Assembly: GCA_001724265.1 (NCBI GenBank)
Contig: MEDY01000076.1
Location: 124,001 to 178,550, forward strand
Reading direction: 5' to 3'
Source of the DNA: Rhizaria sp. SCN 62-66
Lineage: Eukaryota
DNA: 54,550 bases
The position numbers were made by a program, and so were the translations under genes. Within the stretch, counting starts at the first letter, position 1. Each line of letters begins with the position of its first letter. Positions 48,301 to 54,550 of the stretch are shown here, piece after piece. The notes beneath the pieces are model-generated. The model searched no databases, was not told the origin of the DNA, and was given only the letters and a program-made list of their open reading frames with translations.

Positions 48301-51300
48301 CGCGTGTCCTCAGCACCAGCGGCGCCGCTGCCGCTGCTGCTGCTGCGTCCATGGGCGCGAGCAGCGCGGACAGCGAGGGCACGCTGCGCCCCTGCCCTCC
48401 CGGCTTCACGCCATCCCCGTCCTTCTCGTTCCGCCGCCTCGGCGACGCCAACGGCAACAACAACGGGGTCGGCAACGCGCGCAACGGCCTCCACGGCAAC
48501 ACGACGGTCATGAGCAGCAGCGCCAGCGGTGAGGCCGCCGTCGCCGCTGTCGCCGCGCCCGTGATGCCCATGCCCGTGCCCTCGGCGTTCTCCTTCGGCC
48601 CCTCGTTCCCCAACAACACCAGCAGCGGCAACGCTGTTAATGGCGCCGGCAATGTCGCCGGTGCGAGGATGTGTCCCCCCACCGCTATGAAGCACTGGCC
48701 CAACAACAACGCGAACTCGGCCGCCGTCGCGAACGGCACCAACAGTATCTACAGTGGCAGCGCGAGCAACAGCGCGTTTTCCTCCGTCGTCAGCATGGGC
48801 GGCAACGGCAGCAGCTTGCGCAACATGGCTTCCAGCGTGAACGCGACTGCGAACCGCGCCTCCGTCGCTGGCGCCGGCGCTGGCTCTGGCGCGAGCGCTG
48901 GTGCGACTGCGGGCGCGGGCACGGGCGTGGGCGTGGGCGTGGGCGTGAGCGCGGGCCACAGCCGCGGCCCCCGGCTGGAGCCGCGCCGTAAGCGCAGCGC
49001 ACAGCCGCGGCCGCCGGAGCTGGACAAGCGCAACGCCGTGGCGCGCGGCGGGCCGGGCGCGCGCAACGTGACCGACAGCCGCGTGCTCATGTCGCGGCTC
49101 AACTCGCGCGCGGTTCCCGTGCTGGAGCTCTCGCACAAGATTGGCGAGGGCTCCTTCGGTGCCGTGCTGCAGTGCCGCGTGCGCGGGCTGCCGGGTGTCT
49201 TCGCCGTCAAGCGCTCCAAGGAGACGCTCAAGGGCGAGCTGGACACCAAGGCGCGGCTCAAGGAGATGGTGCTCATCACCATCATCGGCCCGCACAGGCA
49301 CATCGTGCGCTACGACGCCGCGTGGCGCCAGGACGGGCTCTTCTACATCATGCTCGAGTGGTGCGCCACCGACCTGCTCCGCTTCGTTGAGGTCTACGAA
49401 GCGCTGCTGGACCAGCCCGTGTCGGACCTGTTCCTGCTTTCGTGCGCGTACCAGATCGCGTCCGGGCTCGCTGCGGTGCACGCTGCGGGTGTAGTCCACC
49501 TGGACATCAAGCCTGACAACGCGCTCGTCTCGGACGGCGGCGTCGTCAAGCTGGGCGACTTCGGTACCGCGCTCGAGGTCGCGCGCGTCGCCGACGGCGC
49601 CGAGGGCGACAGCAAGTACATGGCGCCCGAGATGCTGCTGCAGCTGAACCCCACGTCGGGCGCCGGCGCGCTCGGCGGCCGCAAGCTCTCCATCTTTAGC
49701 TCGAGCACCGCCGCGCCCAGCGCCAGTGTCACCACCTCGAGCTCCACTGACTCTAGCTCTGCTAAGAAGGGCGCGGCTGTGACGATGGGCGACGGTGACG
49801 ACGCGGGCGACGGCGGCAAGACTGAGACGGCGTCGCCGCTGGGGATGGCGAGTCTGCTTCAGAACCGTCCCGGCAGCAGCAGTGCAACGGGGACTGTGGT
49901 GGCCGACTCCGCGCCTCTGCCCCCCGCGAGCAGTGCTAATGCCCCCGCGGGTGCGGCCGGCGGCCCCACTGGCCGCAGCAGCCCCCAGTCGCGCCCGCGC
50001 ATCACCGGCGCCGTGGACCTGTACTCGCTGGGCGTGCTGCTGCTGGAGCTCGCTCTGGGCGTGGAGCTGCCGTGCGAGGGCCCCCTCTGGCGCCTGTTGC
50101 GCTCCGGCGACAAGGCCAAGCTCGCCGCGCTGCTCGAGAGCGGCGAGTTCACGCCCCGCGCCCCCGCCCCCGCCCCGCTCCATAGTAGCGCGGACGCCAG
50201 CGCCGGCGCCGGCCACGCGCCCGGGACGACGGGCCCCCCGCCCGACCCCAGTCTGGTGCCGCCGCACGTGTACGCCGCGTACGTGGCCACGGGCACCACC
50301 GCCAACGCCGCCGCCGTCCTCGCCGGCCTCGGTGCCAGCGGCTCTGCCACGGCCGCCGCCGCCGCTGGCGTGAGCGCGACGGAGCTGTTGCAGCGCAGCG
50401 ACCTGCACGCGACGCTGAGCTACGTCGACACAGTCGCCAGCAACGGCAACGGCAACGGCGCTGGTGGCAACGCGGCCAGCAGTGTGACTGGCGCGGCCGG
50501 GATGGTGACGCCCCGGCTGGGCCCGCACTCGGTCTTCAACAACGCCAACGCGGGCAACGCCGCCAACGGCCAGCGTGTGTCTGCGTTCAACTACAGCAAC
50601 ACCAGTGCCATGAACAACAACACTAGCTTCGCCGCCGCGTTCCCTGCCGCCACTGGATCCGGCAACAGCAGCGGCCTCGCCTCGCCCGTCTCCTTTCCCA
50701 ACGCCACCGCCGCCGGTGCGCCCGCCCCCGCGCCCGCGCCCCTGCCCGCGCCTATGATGGGGATGTCGCATGACCACCACATGGCGCTGCGCAACCGGTC
50801 GATGAGCGTCGTGCAGATGGACAGCGAGGACAGAGGCGCTCTCGCCGCAATGGCCTCCGCCGCCGCTGCTGCTGCCGCCGCCTCGAGCAACGCTGGCTAC
50901 CAACAGCAACTGCTGCAGCAGCAGCAGTACGCGGCGCCAGTGCCTGTGAAGCGCGTGCTGAGCGCCAACATCAAAAGCCTGATCCTAAGTCTGCTCGACT
51001 GCGACCCGTCGCGGCGGCCCACGGCGGCGCAGGTCGCTGAGCTGGTGCAGCGGCTGCCCGAAGCTCGCGGCGCCGACCTGACGCGGCTGCCGGGATGGGA
51101 GCTCGTGCTGCCTTGCGTCCCAGGGTCCTGGCCCTTCCCGCCGGAGCCGCGCTTCCCCAACGCCGCCGGTAATGGCGCCGGCGCTACGGCCGCCAGCGCC
51201 GGCGCGAACGGTGCTCCGGGGGCGCAGCGGCTGCCGGCCGTGGGGCTGGGCAACTCGTCGGCCAGCTTCGCGGGCTCGTACGACTTCGCGGGCAGCGAGT

Positions 51301-54300
51301 CGGGCTTCCAGACGCCCACGGTCGCCGCCATGGCGGCCTCGGCGCGCAACGCCTTCTTTCCCGCCACCACGGCCGCTGCTCATAATAACCCGAATGGAAG
51401 CAATCACGGCAAGACCGCGGGCCTGCAACAGCCGGGGCTGGCCGCGCCTGCGCTGTCTCTGTCTAGCTCCGGCGGCAGCGGCGGCACGTCCGGCGCCGGC
51501 GCAGGCGCAGGCAGTGGCAGTGGTAACGGCGGCGGCACCGTTACGCGCATCCGCGCCGCCGCGGTGAGCACGCACTCGAGCGGGACCAGCAACGCCGGCG
51601 GCAGCCAGCTGCCTCCCTCGGGTGCTGCCAACGCGGGCGGCAACAGCAAGTCCGCTGCTGTCGGCACCGCCGCGGCTGCTGCCAACGACGGCCGCGTGAT
51701 GTCGCGCTCCGTCTCGAGCACCACGAGCTCCAACGCCAGCGGTGGCGTCAGCGTCGGCGTGGGCGGCTCTGTCGTCGGTCGCCGCGTGAACCCGCCGCCG
51801 ATCAACACCGCGGCCGCGAGCTTCAGCCTGGCCGGCGCGGCGGCAGGCATCGCGAAGCCCAGCAGCGCCAGCGCGGGCGTCGTCGCCATCAACGGCGCCC
51901 CCGGCTCCGGGTCCCTCAGCGGCTACACGCCCTCCTCCGAGGTGTCGGACTTCGCGCCCGTGCCGATGCCCGCCGCCGCCGCCGCCTCGGCCACCACGGC
52001 CGCCGCGTCGCCGCCCGCGCCTGCGTCCGCGACCGCCGCCGTGGTGTCGGCCGCGCACAGCATGCCGCTGCACCTGGAGATCCCGCAGACGCCGCCGAGC
52101 GACGTGACACCCGGAAATCAGGCCTCCGTGGCGGGCATCAGCAGCACCAACGCCGCCAACAGCGCCTTCGCGGCCTCGCTCGCGCAGCCCTGGCGGCCGG
52201 TCAGCAGCAACGGCGGCGGCAACGCCTTCGTCTCCGCGCGCGCCGCCGCCGCCGCCGCAGCGGGCGTGGGCTCGGGCTCTGCGTCGGGCGTTCTGGCGCC
52301 GCACCGCCTGTCCGTGGCCAGCTCCGTCAGCACCAACAGCAGCTTCGGCGGCCCCGGCGCCGGCTACGGCGCGGGCTACATGCAGTCGCAGTCGCCGTCC
52401 CTCACGAACATCGACGAGGGCGGCGCCAGCAACGCGGCCGTGGGCGCGAGCACGGGCAGTGCCGACGCTAACGCTGCCAATGATGGTGCGGCCGGTGCGG
52501 CCGGTGCTGCGAACGAGTCCGGTCCGATGTACGTGTTCACGCGCGCGCTCGTGTCGCCGTACCTGTTCTCGCACGCGCACGGCCAGGGCCTCGTCCTGGC
52601 TGCGTCCTCGCCGACGCCGTCGCCCCCGTCGCACACCGCGGGCGGGCTGGGGCACTTCACTCACTTCAACTACAACTACCACAACGGCGGCGGCGGCGGG
52701 AGCGGGTTCGATGAGTCGCTGCACCGCATGTCGCCTACGGGGTTTTTCCACAACAGCAGCGTGCACCACGGGCACCCGCCGCGGCCGCACGCGTACTCGC
52801 TGTCGTCGTCGACCTCCTCGCAGTCGCGCGGCGCGCAGCAGCAGCAGAGGCAGGGACAGGGACAGGGACAGGGACAGGCTAGTAATGGCACGAAGCAACA
52901 GCAGCAGCAGCAGCAGCAGCATCAGCAGCAGCAGAGTACGTACGGCATTTTTGAGCGCTCGTACAGCAGCGCCAGCAGCAGCAGCAGCATGAACGGCCTC
53001 ACCATGGCCGGCGGCGCCACTGGCGGCGGGCTCTATTCCATTGCCGGCGCCGCCAACTTCGGCACCAACGGCAATGGCGTCACCGCAGCCAGCAGCTTCA
53101 CTGCGGGCCGCCAGGTCCCGCCGCAGGCGCCGCAGCGGCCAGCCGCGAGTGCAAGCACGGGCGCTGGCACTGGCGCTGGTGCTGCTGCCGCTGCCGCTGC
53201 TGGACGGCCCAGGCTGTCGCTCGTCACTCAGTCCGCCAACGCCTCCGCCAGCAGCAGCGGCAACGCAGCCGCGGGCGGCAGCGCGAGCGACGGTGAGCGC
53301 CTCCCGACCGAGCCCGTCGACACGAACGGCCCGCTCGCTCACGCTGCGACCGACGCCGCTGACGGCGCCAGTGCCGCTATGGCGGCTGCCGCTCTCGGTG
53401 GCGCGGAGGACTCCGGTTTGATCACGCCGACGACTGCGGCGGCGACGTTTGCGGCGCTGCCCGTGCGCGTGGGCGGCTCGCACCGGCCCGCGGCGCTGCC
53501 CCCGCGGCCCTCGACGAGCAACCCCACCCCCGCCGCAGTCGTCAGCACGAGCGCGGCCAGCGCCAACGCCGGCGGCGTCGGAGTTGGCGTCGGCGTCACA
53601 GGCTCGGCGTTCACGCGCACGGGCGGGGCGCACGGTCACGGGATCGGGCTCAGCCATGGTCAGGGACACGGGCCCGCTGCGGCCGCCGCGGCGGCGGCGG
53701 CTGCTGCGGCAGCGGCGGCGGCTGCGCAGATCGCCGCCAACGGCAACGGCAGCCATAGCAATAGCAATAGCAATAGCAATAGCAATAGCAACGGTGGCGG
53801 CGGCAGCAACATGAACATACGCACAGCGGCGCCGATGCCAGTGGTGACCCCGAACGCGAGCGCCCACTTCGGCGTCAGCGTCGTATCCGCGGCCTCGCCG
53901 ACGATGCTGCTGGGCCACGCGCTGCAGGCGGGCAGCCTCGACAGCTGCGCCTCCTTCGGGCCCTTCGTCCACGCCGCCGCCTCCAGCACAGGCAGCAGCG
54001 GCAGTCCCAGCAGCAGCAGGCTCACCGCCAGCGCCATCGGCCTGGCGTTCGGCGCCGGCGGGCCGCTCTCGCCGCGCACGCCCGTCGCGGCCACGCTCCC
54101 CGCCACCGGCAACCGCGTCGTCAGCGGCAGCGGCGGCGTCCCCGGCGTCATCAGCGGCTTCGTTTCGCTGGCGCGCGTGGACGGTCCGGCCGCCCTCGGT
54201 GGGCCCGCGGCGACGGCGGCGGCCTCGCTGCGCGCGCTGGCCCAATCCGAGGACGGCAGCCGTGACGGCAGCGCGGAAAGCCAGCAGCAGGCGCTTGCAC

Positions 54301-54452
54301 CCGCACGGGCCGGCCACGGCCACGGTCATGGTCAGGCTGCGGCCGCCGGCGCTGCGCACTGTGAGTTCGTGCTCGCGCCTGCCAGCAGCAGCATCAGCAG
54401 CGGCAGCGGCAACGACGCCCGTGGCGCGACTGCGCTGCCCCTCGCGCTTACA

Positions 54453-54539
<87 letters not shown>

Positions 54540-54550
54540 CAGCAACAGCA
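42348..54550 (+). CDS. Giant Wee1/Myt1-family protein kinase (>4000 aa), 3' end outside the window; in-frame TAG at 46536-46538
   Basis: The frame of ORF 42099..46538 continues past the TAG with no stop to the window end (~2670 codons). It encodes KIGEGSFG (49137), FAVKRSK, HLDIKPDN (49497), KLGDFG, the Wee1/Myt1 signature EGDSKYMAPE (49602), VDLYSLGVLLLELALGVELPCEGPLWRLLRSG and LLDCDPSRRPTAAQV. The ORF track misses it because it has no terminal stop. Start ATG 42348 is inferred. Confidence 0.88.
46536..46538 (+). other. In-frame TAG codon inside a polyQ run (GCC CAG TAG CAA CAG CAG CTG CAA CAG CAA CAG CAA), putative Gln
   Basis: Flanked by CAR codons on both sides; no intergenic-like or intron-like sequence nearby; kinase domain downstream in the same frame. 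Confidence 0.8.
54453..54536 (+). repeat. Perfect (CAGGCT)14 microsatellite encoding (Gln-Ala)14 in the Wee1-like frame
   Basis: Direct count of 14 perfect hexamer units, followed by CAG CAG CAA CAG. Confidence 0.95.

Noticed and set aside
46302-54545. Very long minus-strand ORFs (46302..50909, 1535 aa; 50985..54545, 1186 aa)
   Set aside because: They are antisense shadows of the Wee1-like frame caused by GC-rich codon bias; the translations are V/A/G/R-rich with no motifs, while the plus frame has a full kinase.

Overview
Gene-dense eukaryotic nuclear DNA, probably from a protist. Exons are GC-rich, while intergenic DNA and GT-AG introns (about 130-290 nt) are AT-richer. I can support 13 protein-coding genes: a large hypothetical protein (runs off the left end), an MST/Hippo-like Ste20 kinase, an FAD-dependent monooxygenase-like protein, a polyQ/coiled-coil protein, an OTU deubiquitinase, a MYST histone acetyltransferase, ZPR1, a MATE transporter, a REEP/DP1/Yop1 protein, triosephosphate isomerase, a GPR180/TMEM145-like membrane protein, an At3g28720-like membrane protein, and a giant Wee1/Myt1-family kinase (runs off the right end). 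The main finding is that TAG appears not to act as a stop codon. All 11 genes whose ends are visible stop at TAA (8) or TGA (3). Three genes carry a single in-frame TAG (769-771 minus, 14188-14190 plus, 46536-46538 plus), each followed by a Gln codon (CAG/CAA) and by hundreds to thousands of further open codons, including the whole Wee1 kinase domain. This suggests a nuclear code with UAG=sense (most likely Gln) and UAA/UGA=stop, or systematic UAG readthrough or editing. Secondary observations: a 5' splice-site consensus with C at +4, large low-complexity insertions inside conserved domains, a REEP with a LIR/AIM-like motif, and a Hippo-like kinase with repeated Thr-Met motifs. No RNA genes or mobile elements could be supported.
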